A stretch of 64,000 nt of DNA from the NCBI RefSeq assembly GCF_020745735.1, contig NW_026867453.1, positions 62,001 to 126,000 on the forward strand, in the 5' to 3' direction. Origin of the DNA: Hemiscyllium ocellatum. Its lineage: Eukaryota. A program made the position numbers and the translations under genes. A model generated the notes under the pieces. It was not told where the DNA came from, searched no databases, and worked only from the letters and a program-made list of their open reading frames with translations. Each line of letters opens with the position of its first letter. The first letter of the stretch is position 1. Shown here piece after piece: positions 12,023-23,681 of the stretch.

Positions 12023-14740
12023 CATTTACTTAGACATCCGTTAAAGTGGGCAACTCCAGACAGAAGCATGTTTTCAATTCATACCTTTTTCAACATTTTA
12101 GTTCATTACAAGCAGTTAACAAGAAAATAACCTTGCCCTAATTCCTTCAACAGAAATGCTTTCCACACTGGAATGCAGTATTGTTTATGCAGTGCATGCA
12201 AAATCTCCACAATTCGAGGAACGTTTTAAGAATATGTAAAAATAATTTAGAGAATAATCCATTTCCTCCAGATCTGTGCTTTAATTGGCGATATTTCCCA
12301 CCTCAATAATTTTGTTAAATACAATGACTTATTAAGTTTATGAACTCAGTGGTTATTTATGTTCATTGTGAACACATTCTCGTTCACATTAATCCACTGG
12401 TTAGTTCCTCTGATGAATATTCAATTACAGTGAATATATTTGACGTGAGGAGTTGAGCAATGTATCCTCTGGGATTAAGTCTGTTGTACAGTTTGTTTCA
12501 GTGCTATCTCTGACTAACTTGTCCACGGTCCTGACCATTTATAAATTGTCCAGTTCGGATACCTGAATCTCAGACAGTTCAATTTTATCTCGCGCTTCAA
12601 AACCACTTTTATCTGCCAGAAATACAATATTTGATTAGGTGCCTCAGAATTGAGAGCCCTGACTAAGTTGTTCCAATCAGAACGAACGTTTCAGGAACAA
12701 AAGGCAGATAGCAAGAGTTTTGAAATTGGTTGTTGACAACAAGAGATATTTGATTGAGCGAGGCAGAGGGAAATATGCTGCATATTTTCTTTGTGCCTCA
12801 GTTATGCAGGAGATGTTTCGTGGCACAATGTAAAATCAGAATTTTTTTTGCATCTTATTATTTGAAAACTTATTATCAGCTTTTAATGTTACTGGCAATG
12901 GTCTTATTACACTTCAAAACATTTTAATCTTTTTCAAACTAAGTAGACCGTCTGGTGCAGCAACATTCACAGGGGAAAGAGGAAGGGAGTTCGAGGTTGG
13001 AATCTCGTGACAGTGAATTGATGGCAATGCAATTCCTAGTTTTATTGCTCTGTAGTTCCCATCGAGTTTGAACAATTTGGAGCAGCTGTCAAAGTATTCT
13101 TGGATAAATGTTGAAATGTTACTTTCATTGTACAAACATTCTGGAACAATCCCTGGTTGTTGGAAGGTGTTAATAACTAACATGGTTTATAAACTGTCGA
13201 AACAGGTGAGCTGTGTTCTCCGTGATAGTGTCGAGCTCATTGTGTTCAGGTCTGTAGTGATGTTGTGGTAGGGTCCCTGATTCTGTGCCAGGTGGCCTGT
13301 GTTCACTTACAACCTGTTAGAGAGGTATGTAACACCATCTCTTATCAGGTTACTTCAGTAGAAGAAAGCAGATTGAGATGTTTGGGTGTTTGTTGGAATT
13401 CCACTCACAGAGGCCAGTGAAATCTATTCAATCGCTGTCCTGACTTGTGTCTCTTAGACATTAAACAGAATTTTGGTGGTTAGCAGCTTTTTCCAGATCA
13501 ATATTTGTTCACAAGCTTTTGGGCATCGCTAGATGGGGTTAATGGAGTAAGTGCTCAAAGAAATCCCAGCTTTTGACTTGCTGTTCTAACAATATCATTT
13601 ATAAATAATCCCGAATGAAACATTTTCAAAGTATATTTGATGAGATTTTGCTTAGGCTGTTTTACTTTATATTAAACCAGTGCTGTAGCTGAATTTGATT
13701 GTTCAGTACTGTGGGGGTTTCCGTTGAATCCAACAGTTGCAGCAGATGGTGATAGCTTTTCAGTTGGTCTTCCATTGCTATCTCAGACCATCCAGTACCT
13801 CTGCTAAGAATCCTTTTTCCAACAGGAGTCAAGCCAACGTAATCACTGTTTATCTCAACGGGTGTGAGCTCTTGTGCCAAAAACATGAAAACAATTTGGT
13901 GAAGAGGGGGTCTCTGGATGGGAAAGGTTAACCTTGCCTTCTCTCCACAGCAGCTGCTAGACCTGCTGAGTTTCTTCAGAAGTTTCTGTCTTTATTTTGG
14001 TTTTCTAGCATTTAAAGTTTGTTGTTTCATTGAAAAACGTTCTGTTCGATTAAACACGTTCTTCAGAGAAAAGATGCATTTGAACAAATTGCAAATGTTC
14101 AGAGATATTATTGAATTTGAGTGCCCTGATCTCGAGCTGTAGTTTCACAAGAAACTATTATGAAGTAACAACACACTGCAGAGTGCAGTGGCTGCTGTAA
14201 TTGGGTGGAAGTTATTTTGATCACTCAAATAGAGAATGTCAGTGATCCCGTTCCAAATAATCAACAGAAGTTTTTTTTAAAGCATGTGTGAAACAATTAA
14301 TTTATCGAACTATTTTAATAAAAAGTATTCACGGCCAGTGCTAGCTTAATGAATGACACAATGATAGGAAGGTAGGAACAAGAGGAGGGCACTCAGCCCC
14401 TCTAGTTGTTCCCCCACTTACTTAGATCATGGTGCATCTGTGAGCTCAATCCACAGGTCTCCCTTTGGCTAAAGCTCTTTAACACCTTTGTTTAACAAGC
14501 AAAAACTATCCCAGATTTACTGATTCGACTGCCCATAACAAAGGGAGACACCATTTCTGAAAGACATTCCTGTGAGTACTGTGACACAATGAGGCTGGGA
14601 TTAATTGCTCATGAAAGTAAACTTTAAATATCTGACAATTTCCAATATAAACATCCCAATCATCATATTTCATTAATTTAACACTATACTTCCCTGGAAT
14701 CAAGAAATATAATGTGTGATTGCCTTGCTAATAATGAGGA

Positions 14741-14938
14741 GAAAGTGAGGACTGCAGATGCTGGAGATCAGAGCTGAAAATGTGTTGCTGGAAAAGCACA
14801 GCAGGTCAGGCAGCATCCAAGGAGCAGGAGAATCGACGTTTCGGGCATGAGCCCTTCTTCAGGAAGGGCTCCTTGGATGCTGCCTGCTCCTTGGATGCTG
14901 CCTGACCTGCTGCGCTTTTCCAGCAATACATTTTCAGC
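14741..14938. repeat. Fold-back palindrome of Penelope terminal repeat with a minimal hammerhead core in the loop
   Basis: 56-bp arms at 14773-14828 and 14883-14938 (2 mismatches). The minus strand at 14862-14835 reads CTGAAGA-A-GGGC-TCAT-GCCC-GAAA-CG-TC. Confidence 0.85.
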
Positions 14939-15044
14939 AGTTGCTAAAAATGAGGGAAGCTTCATTCCTATTATATGATTAAGAAATAGCTCTGTTCATT
15001 CAGTGAAAACACAGTCAAATCACTCAAAAGGAAACCATGATTTG

Positions 15045-15242
15045 GAGATGCTGGTGTTGGACTGGGGTGTACAAAGTTAAAAATCACACAACCCCAGGTT
15101 ATAGTCCAACAGGTTTAATTGGAAGCACACTAGCTTTTGGAGTGACGCTCCTTTATCAGGTGATAGTGGAGCGTCACTCCGAAAGCTAGTTTTCTTCCAA
15201 TTAAACCTGTTGGACTATAACTTGGTGTTGTGTGATTTTTAA
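15045..15242. repeat. Second fold-back palindrome (different Penelope terminal family) with degenerate hammerhead
   Basis: ~75-bp arms at 15077-15151 and 15168-15242 (about 5 mismatches), 16-nt loop. The minus strand reads cac-CTGATAA-A-GGAG-CGTCA-CTCC-AAAA-GCTA-gtg. Confidence 0.85.
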
Positions 15243-16735
15243 AAAAAGGAAATCATGTCATCTTGTGTAGACACACAAGTGCCTCAAATAATTTTCAATT
15301 CTTCTAGTGGTTGTTTGAATCTCTAGACAGGTGTGGAAGTGTCAAACTTTTTATATCGCCTTGAGAAACCAGTTGTCATCAGTCTATTTGAATTGCTGAA
15401 GTTTGTATGGTATTAGCATATTCACAGCGCTGTTAGGAAGTGAGTCCCATGGCTGTGATTGAGGAAGAGGAAACGGGCAGGGAAATAGTTGAGAGTTAAG
15501 TTGAAGTCTGATTTGGAGGAAAGCTTCACATGCATGTGTGCCCTTATCCTCAAGGATCACAATTTTGGAATATGCTGCCGAAGGGACATGTCAGCATGCA
15601 AAATGGAAGCTGAAGAAGGCATCTCGGCCTCTCTAGAAGGCTATTCCATTCATGGGATCATCATTAATCTTGCTGCTCATCAATCTTCCCAACACACTGA
15701 TAACATTGAACCTGATTGTTTACTGTTCAACACAAGAATGGTGAATTCGTTTGGAATTCTCCACCACAGAAATTCATAGATTCAAGACTCATAGATTCTT
15801 GAAAGCGTTGTCTCAAGTACCTAGTGTGTTGAAGGTGTTTGGCGCACGTACCTTCATTGGTCAGAGCACTGAGTGCAGGAGTTAGGGCTTCATGTTGTAA
15901 TTGTCCAAAACATTGGAATGAACTGCCAGAGGAAGTGGTAAATGCAGAGCTAGGTCCCACATTGAGAAGACATTTGAACAGCTACAGGAACTGGATAGGT
16001 CTGGATGGAAATGGGCCAAAGGCAGGCAAGTGGAATGAGTTTAATTTGGGAACTCTGGTCAGCATGGATGGGCTGGACCAAGGGAACTGTTTCGGTGCTG
16101 TACGACTTTATGTCTCACTGACTTTATGGTGGATAGGCTCAAAGTTGGAAGGTGGTGAGCAAGTGAGGGGCGAGATTGGGCATGTGGGAGAGTTTGGGCT
16201 GGTAGGCTGGCTGCTGGGTAAGCTTGCGTGCACTCTGTCTGGCAAGGTGGCATCAAGGGAAATGGTAATGGTCACAGGATAATTTGGTCCAATTGTGCTT
16301 GGTAGGTGAGGGGTAGTTTGAGCTGAAATGCAGGAGGTCTGTCTTTGCCAGGTTGGTTTATGGAGAGGTGGGCAGGATGCCAGGCTGGTTAGTGTAGAGA
16401 TGGGCAGGGTGCCAGGATGTTTCAGGGGGTGGAAGGTCACTGTAATGAAGTGACAGGTGGACGTGTTGTCAAAATGCAAAGCTCAGAGTCTGGCAAAATG
16501 GTAGGTTGTAAAGCACAGATGCCAAAGGAGCTAGGATGCAATGTGCACAGGTTGTCTTGGGTAAGATGAGAGGTCAGTGATCAAGGGCTGAGGTCATGTC
16601 TTGGGTAGTGGGCTTTGTCAGAGGTTGTGGAAATGATGGTGTCAGGTCCAGTCAGGGCCAGGTTCACCATGGACCAGGTACAGGGCGGCAGGAGTGTAAA
16701 TGAGTGAAAGGAGTTGAGATCATATGTCCATCTGG

Positions 16736-17400
16736 AATATAGAATATAGAACATTACTGTGCAGTACAGGCCCTTCAGCCCTCGATGATTCCACAGGTCA
16801 GTGTAAAAATCTGAAGCCTATCTATCCTACACTATTCCATTTTCATCCATATGTTTATCCAATGACCTTTTAAATGCCCTTAAAGTGGGCGAGTGTACTT
16901 TTGTTGCAGGCAATGCGTTCCAAGTCCCTACCACTCTCTGAGTTAAGAAACAACCTCTGACATCTGTCATCTATGTCTTCTCCTGCTAGCCATCACTATT
17001 CAAGGAAAAAGACTTTCACTGTCCACCCTCTGTTTATCTTTTATGTCTCAATTAAGTCAACCTTCTTCTCTCAAACAAAAACAGCCTCAAGACCCTCATC
17101 CTTTCCTCATTAAACCTTCCCGCCATACCAAACAACATCCTGGTAAACCTCCTCTGAACTCTTCCAAAGCTTCCACATTCTCTCTATAATGTGGCGACCA
17201 GAACAGTACACAATACTCCAAGTGCAGCCACACCAGAGTTTTGTACAGCTGCAACCTAACCTCGTGGTTCTGAAACCCAGTCCCTCTATCGATGAAAGCC
17301 AGCACAAAGTATGCCTTCTTAACAACTCTATCAAACTGGCTGGCAACTTTTAGGGATCTGTGTACATGGGCACCGAGATCTCTCTGCTCAGCTACACTGT
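16736..17400 (-). mobile_element. 5'-truncated CR1 LINE inserted in a G-rich tract
   Basis: ORFs MLAFIDRG...LYKTLVWLHLEYCVLFWSPHYR, with a (ttctatg/a)n tail at 16736-16755. Confidence 0.85.
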
Positions 17401-17874
17401 CAATATGGATTGCCTTGGATGTGTTTTGTGTGATAGGGGATTGTGTGTTCCGGGCATGAATGGGTGTATAGCAGGGTGGGGTTTGTCAATGTGAGTGGAA
17501 ATTTAGGTCTAGGCAGAGTAAGTGCAGTGGTTAGTCTGAGAGATGAGGTTTGGTGGTGAACTGCGTATCAGTTTGATAGTTATTAAAGTTAAAGATTACT
17601 TGTTCATTTCTCAAATCATATTTACATAAATACTCAGCTGTAACACTCCAAAGTCTCTGAACTTTAATGGTCCTCCATTTTTCAGAGGCCTCCAGAATTC
17701 AGATAATTGTAAATTAGATGTTTCAACTTCCAGCCAATTGGCCTGAGTTCAGCCGTGGCAGCCATCCTCCCCGTCCCAGTGCTCAGCTCCTGCCTGTGCT
17801 GCTGCTGCTGCTGCAGTGACCTTCCTCCCAGAGAGTCTTGCATTGATAAGTGAGGAACGCTCACTGGACCTGAT

Positions 17875-18170
17875 TTCCAAGTATGGGGACGGCAAACACG
17901 AGGGACACAACTTTAAAGTGAGGAGAGATAGGTATAAGACAGATAGCAGAGGTAGTTTCTTTACTCATTGAGTAGTAAGGGTATGGAGTGCTTTGCCTGC
18001 AATGGTGGTAGATTCGCCAAGTTTAAGTACATTTAATTTGTCATTGGACAGGCCTATGCATGTACATGGAATAGTGTAGGTGGGATGGGCTTCATATTAG
18101 TATGTCAGGGCAGCGCAACATCGAGGGCCGAAGGGCCTGCACTGCACTGTGATGTTCTATGTTCTATGAT
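17875..18170 (+). mobile_element. CR1 LINE 3' fragment
   Basis: ...RGHNFKVRRDRYKTD.RGSFFT.. followed by the 3' UTR and a gttctatgttctat tail. Confidence 0.8.
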
Positions 18171-18229
18171 TCACTCTGATTTCTCTCCAGGGGTACAGCC
18201 AGCTGTTGGGTATTTCCAGCAGCATGGTA

Positions 18230-18545
18230 CCTAGTGGAGCGGCACGCTGGTTCCATGGTTAGCGCTGCTGCCTCACAGTGCTCGGGACTCGGGTTCCATT
18301 CCAGCCTCGGGTGACTGTCTGTGTGGAGTTGGCACTTTCTCCCCATATCTGTGTGCATTTCCTCCCACAGTCCAAATCTGTACAAGCTGGGGAAATTGCA
18401 AATGTTGTGTTCAGTGATTGGGAGGTTAGATGCTTTAGTCAGGGTTAACCGTAGCATAATAGGGTAGAGGAATGTGTCTGGATGCGTTTCTTTTCAGAGG
18501 GTGGGTGTGGACTTGTTGGGCCAAATGGCCTGTTTGCACACACTG
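18230..18545 (+). mobile_element. V-SINE (HE1-like)
   Basis: gagcggcacgctggttccatggttagcgctgctgcctcacag head, central domain and tail. Confidence 0.85.
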
Positions 18546-18897
18546 TAGAATTTCGATGAATCTGCATTTCCTTGGTTTGTATTTTGTGAAACTTCTCTGC
18601 TCTTCACAGCAATCCAATGAAAGTGTCAATTGGTGATATCTTCAAACAGTTACTGGGTGGGATCAGGATGTTCTTCTTCCTCAATTATATGGCAATGGTC
18701 AAGGTCGAGGGCATGTTTCTAAAGAGGGAACAAATGATCATGATCAGCAACTGATAGGAAACAAAAATAAACTCCAGTTATGCTGTAGACTTCAGCGGGA
18801 GCATACTGGCAAACGGTTACAGCTGAGGATACATTTGAGTAACTGATAAGGTCAAATTAACAGAAACTAACATGCTCAATTGGTCATTCTATTGTAG

Positions 18898-19206
18898 AGG
18901 CACCATCTTCCCCCACGCTTTATGGCCTGGTCTCCTCCTGTGAGGAGCACAGCACCGGTTCGACAATCTTTGGTTGTTTGGTGATGGACTATTCCCCAGA
19001 CGTCACCAAGGTAACCTGGAAGAAAGGTGGGGTGCTAATCACGAATGGTGGATTGAGACTTACCCATCAGTGAGAAACAAGAAGGGAACCTACACCCTGA
19101 GCAGCCAGTAAACCTGCCCGGGTCAGCGGTAGATTGACCCAGCAAAAATCTACTGTGAGGTTCACACACGCGGGTCACTCCAAGAGCAAAGAAATGCCAT
19201 GTCCAG
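18898..19206 (+). pseudogene. IGHM: IgM constant exon 1 (Cmu1), disrupted by multiple indels and stops in this assembly
   Basis: AG acceptor at 18896-18897, in phase with the JH donor. Reads [51 protein letters not shown], then in shifted frames [32 protein letters not shown] and HAGHSKSKEMPCP. GT donor at 19207. Confidence 0.9.
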
Positions 19207-19210
19207 GTAC

Positions 19211-19710
19211 NNNNNNNNNNNNNNNNNNNNNNNNNNNNNNNNNNNNNNNNNNNNNNNNNNNNNNNNNNNNNNNNNNNNNNNNNNNNNNNNNNNNNNNNNN
19301 NNNNNNNNNNNNNNNNNNNNNNNNNNNNNNNNNNNNNNNNNNNNNNNNNNNNNNNNNNNNNNNNNNNNNNNNNNNNNNNNNNNNNNNNNNNNNNNNNNNN
19401 NNNNNNNNNNNNNNNNNNNNNNNNNNNNNNNNNNNNNNNNNNNNNNNNNNNNNNNNNNNNNNNNNNNNNNNNNNNNNNNNNNNNNNNNNNNNNNNNNNNN
19501 NNNNNNNNNNNNNNNNNNNNNNNNNNNNNNNNNNNNNNNNNNNNNNNNNNNNNNNNNNNNNNNNNNNNNNNNNNNNNNNNNNNNNNNNNNNNNNNNNNNN
19601 NNNNNNNNNNNNNNNNNNNNNNNNNNNNNNNNNNNNNNNNNNNNNNNNNNNNNNNNNNNNNNNNNNNNNNNNNNNNNNNNNNNNNNNNNNNNNNNNNNNN
19701 NNNNNNNNNN
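19211..19710. other. Assembly gap of 500 N
   Basis: Exactly 500 N. The round number suggests an arbitrary scaffolding gap of unknown true size. Confidence 0.99.
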
Positions 19711-19854
19711 TTCTGTCTGACCCTCTGCCTGGTCAGGTTTTTCTGCACCATCACATCAAACAGGGTATCCACCAACTGAACCTCAACTCCTTCATCTTTC
19801 TCTTCAGTTTTTGCTTCTTGCTGTGACATATGTTCGTGGGATCTTGTTACTACA

Positions 19855-20450
19855 CAATCTGGGAAACTATCAGGCTGCCTACTTGCGGAATGTTTGTGAG
19901 AACACCTCTGGGACACCGCATCAACCAACCCAGCCACCCCGTGGCTGAACACTTTACCCCTCCTCCCACTCCACCAAGGACATGCAGGTCCTTGGACTCC
20001 TCCATCGCCAGACCATGGGCAACACGACGCTGGAGGAAGAGCGCCTCATCTTTCGCCTAGGAACCCTCCAACCACAAGGGATGAACTCAGATTTCTACAG
20101 CTTCCTCATTTCCCCTCCCCCCACTTGTCTAGTCAAATCCCTCGGATCAGCACCACCTTCTTGATCTGCAATCTTCTACCCGACCTCTCTGCCCCCAGCC
20201 CCTCTCCGGCCTATCCCCTCACCTTAACTCCTCTACACTATCGCATTCCCAATGCCACTCACCAAAGTCCCTCTTCCCTCCTTTTATCTTAGCCTGCTTG
20301 GTACACCCTCCTTATTCCTGAAAGAAGGGCTTATGCTTATAAACATCCAATTCTCCTGCTCCTTTGATGCTGCTGACCTGCTGCGCTTTTCCAGCAACAC
20401 ATTTTTCAGCTCTGATCACAGCATCTGCAGTCCTCACTTTCTCCTTATTT
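19855..20450 (+). mobile_element. Penelope-like element 3' part (GIY-YIG end plus terminal repeat)
   Basis: ..GETIRLPT.GMF.EHLWDT...HPVAEHF and LEEERLIFRLGTLQPQGMNSDF. The terminal repeat ...gatgctgctgacctgctgcgcttttccagcaacacatttttcagc carries a decayed hammerhead at ~20316-20345. Confidence 0.85.
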
Positions 20451-20594
20451 CACTGTGGGTAAAGTGTTCCCCCCCGTTTACAAGAGATAGGATTTATAGT
20501 CATTTGAAAGGAATAAATTGATTAGGCATAAAATCAATTCCGGTTTTGTGAAAGGCAAGTCATTGCTACTTCTCCTTTATTGTGTTAATGAGTT

Positions 20595-21310
20595 ATCGAG
20601 AAACAGCACGGAAACAGACCCTTCGGTCCAACTCATCCGTGCTGACTGATATCCCAATTTAGTCTAGTCCCACCTGCCAGCACCTAGCTCATATACCCAA
20701 TCAGATGCCTTTTCAATGTTGCAATTGTACCAGTCCCTACCACTTCTTCGGCAGTTCATTCCATACACATGCCACCCTCTGAGTGAAAAAGTTGCCTCTT
20801 ATGTCTCTTTTATATCTTTCCCCTCTCAGCCTAAATCTATGCCCTCAAGTTCTGGACTCCCCCACTCTCGAGAAAATACCTTGTCTACTTAACTGATCCA
20901 TGCCCCTCATGATTTTTATAAACCTCTATAAGATCACCCCTCAGCATTCAACACTCCAGGGAAAACAGCCCTAGCCTATTCAACCTCTCCCTATACCTCA
21001 AAACCTCCAACCCTGGCAAACATCCTTGTAAATCTTTTCTGAACCCTTTCGAGTTTCACAACATCTTTCCGATAGGAAGGAAACTAGAATTGCACACAAT
21101 ATTCCTAAAGTGGCCTAACCTGTACATCTGCAACATAGCCTCCCAACTCCTGTACTCTATACTCTTGACCAATAAAGGAAGCATAACAAACACCACCTTC
21201 ACTATTCTATCTAACTGTGACTCCACTTTCAAGAGCTATGACCTGCACTCCAAGGTCTTTTTGTTCAGTAACACTCCCTAGGACCTTACTGTTAAGTGTA
21301 TAAGTCCTGC
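20595..21310 (-). mobile_element. CR1 LINE 3' fragment
   Basis: Reverse-strand RT C-terminal region and 3' UTR, matching the 32.3-33.3 kb copy. Confidence 0.8.
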
Positions 21311-21442
21311 TAAGATTTCTGGCTGTAACAGTTGCTCCATGTTTGAGATGTTTTAGGTGTTTGAGGTGATTTCCTCGATTGCAGGAGTAGCAATTCCTGT
21401 TTTATTTGCTGTTGTACTGTTATGCAACTTTGGAGAGTTATA

Positions 21443-21755
21443 GATTAGATTCCCTACAGTGTGGAAATAGGACCTTCGGCCCAATAAGTCCACACCGACC
21501 CTCTGAAGAGTAACCCATCCAGACCCATTTCCCTCTGGTTAATGCACCTAACACTATGGGCAATTTAGCATGGCCAGTTCACCTGACTTGCACATCTTTG
21601 GACTGTGGGAAGAACCAGAGCACCCAGAGGAAACCTACACAGACACGGGGAGAATGTGCAAATTCCACACAGACAGTCGCCCCAGGCTGGAATCGAACCT
21701 AGGACCCTGGTGCTGTGAGGCAGCTGTGCTAACCACTGAGCCACCATGCTGCCCA
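21443..21755 (-). mobile_element. V-SINE (HE1-like)
   Basis: Head gggcagcatggtggctcagtggttagcacagc on the minus strand, with a (tcta)n-type tail at ~21443. Confidence 0.88.
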
Positions 21756-21759
21756 AACT

Positions 21760-22865
21760 GAGAAGGTGACCAAACTGATGGAGGAGGGTAAAGGGGTTGA
21801 TGCGATGTACATGGATTTCAGTTAGGCGTTTGATAAGGTTCCCCAGGGTAGGCTATTTCACTAAATATGGAAGCATGGGATTGAGGGTGATTTAACGAGT
21901 TGGATCAGAAATTGGCGAGCTGAAAGAAGACAGAGGGTGGTGGTTGATGGTAAATTTTCATCCTCGAGTTCAGTTACGAATGGTGTATTGCAAGGATCTG
22001 TGTTGAGTCCATTGCTGTTTGTCATTTATAAACGACCTGGAAGAGGGCACAGAAGGGTGCGTTAGTAAATTTATGGCTACCACTAACGTCGATGGAGTTG
22101 TGGTCAGTGCCGAACAATGTTGCAGGTAACAGAGGGACATGGATAAGTTGTAAAGCTGGCTGAGAGGTGGCAAATGGAGTTTAGTGTGGGAATGTGTGAG
22201 GTGATTCACTTTGGAAGGAATAACAGGAATAAAGAGTACTGGCCTAATGATAAGATTCTTGGTAGTGTCAATGAGCAGAGAGATCTCGGTGTCCATACAC
22301 AAAGACCCCTGAAAGTTGCCACCCAGGTTGATAAGGTTGTAAAGAAGGCATATGCTGTGTAAGGTTTTATTGGTCGAGGGATTGGGTTTTGGAACTACGA
22401 GGTCATGTTGCAGCTGTACAAAACTCTGGTGCGACTGTACTTGGAATGCTGTACAGTTCTGGTCGTCGCATTATAGGAAGGATGTGAGACCTTTGGAAAG
22501 GTTTCAGAGAAAATTTACTAGGATTGCTGCAATGGAGGGAAGGTCTTATGAAGAAAGGCTGAGGGACTTGAGGTTGTTTTCATGAGAGACAAGAAGGTTG
22601 AGAGGTGACCTAATTGAGACATATAAGATAATCTGAGAGTTAGGTAAGGTAGACAGTGAGGGCCCTTTTCCTCAGATGGCAATGGCTCATACGAGGGGAC
22701 ATAGCTCTAAATTGAGGGTGACAGGTATAGGACAGATGTCCGAGGTAGTTTCTTTACTCAGAGAGTTGTAGGGCCATGGAAAACCCTGCCTGCAACAGTA
22801 GTATACTCACCAACATCGAGGGCTGAAGGAGCTGTCCTGTGCTGTAATGTTCTGTGTTCTATGTT
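21760..22865 (+). mobile_element. CR1 LINE RT and 3' region, degenerate
   Basis: YMDFS.AFDKVP, QGSVLSPLLF and KVATQVDKVVKKAY fragments, with a gttct tail. Confidence 0.85.
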
Positions 22866-23082
22866 TAGTGTGAGGAATTGAATGGAAACAAAGTATGTTA
22901 TTGTTGTAAATAAATGTGCAAAAGACACAGAGTTATGACACTATTCTATTTCCTCTTTTAAACTTCTCATGTTTTTGTGAATTTGCCCAGATGTGTGGCT
23001 CAGAGTATTCAGTGAGGAAGAGTGGACAGGAGCCTGTCGTTGCATTTCCCTCTCTGGCCCGCAGTGAGAGATTACATTCCTG

Positions 23083-23340
23083 CCTCAGGTAACTGTCTGT
23101 GTGGGGTTTGCACATTCTCCCCGTGTCTGCGTGGGTTTCATCAGGGTGCTTCAGTTTCCTCCCACAATCCAAAGATGTGCGGGTCAGGTGAATTGGTAAT
23201 GCTAAATTGCCCAAAGTGTTAGGCGCATTAGTCAGCGGTAAATATAGGAGAATGGGTCTGGGTGGGTTACTCTTCAGAGGGTCAGTGTGGACTTGCTGGG
23301 CCAAATGGCCTGCTTCCATACTCTGAGGAATCTAATCTCA
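23083..23340 (+). mobile_element. 5'-truncated V-SINE inserted downstream of GPCR copy 1
   Basis: Central domain plus tail. Absent at the paralogous site (~50525), where the flanks are contiguous. Confidence 0.8.
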
Positions 23341-23681
23341 TCTCATCTAATAATCACCTTACTCCATATCATTTATTTTTCTACCCACTTCACTCACTGA
23401 GAACAGATTACTTGACATGATTGTCACTTTTGTGCATATCTAATTCATCTTTTGGGTTTTACTTTTGTTCTTCCACTTCCTACTAATTGTTGCTGATTAC
23501 TAAAAGCACTTTACACTGGCTTCACATCTCCAGTCTCTGTCATTTTGCTCCTCAGATCGAGTCATTCCTTGACCATTGGGAAAGGAGAGTTATCATGTTG
23601 CTTCTCCTCCTTCTCCTTTCGGTCCATTCCTCACATGGACTCCTCCTTCCGTTATCTGCTGCACCTAATGTTGGCTCTCAG

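Noticed and set aside
16059-16479. Overlapping ORFs of 123-147 aa in the J-C intron as a hidden gene or extra C exon
   Set aside because: No Ig-fold Cys/Trp pattern. The open frames reflect the G/C-skewed composition and a CR1 3' end.
19035-19952. ORFs of 173-305 aa in the ORF track
   Set aside because: Artefacts of reading through 500 N.
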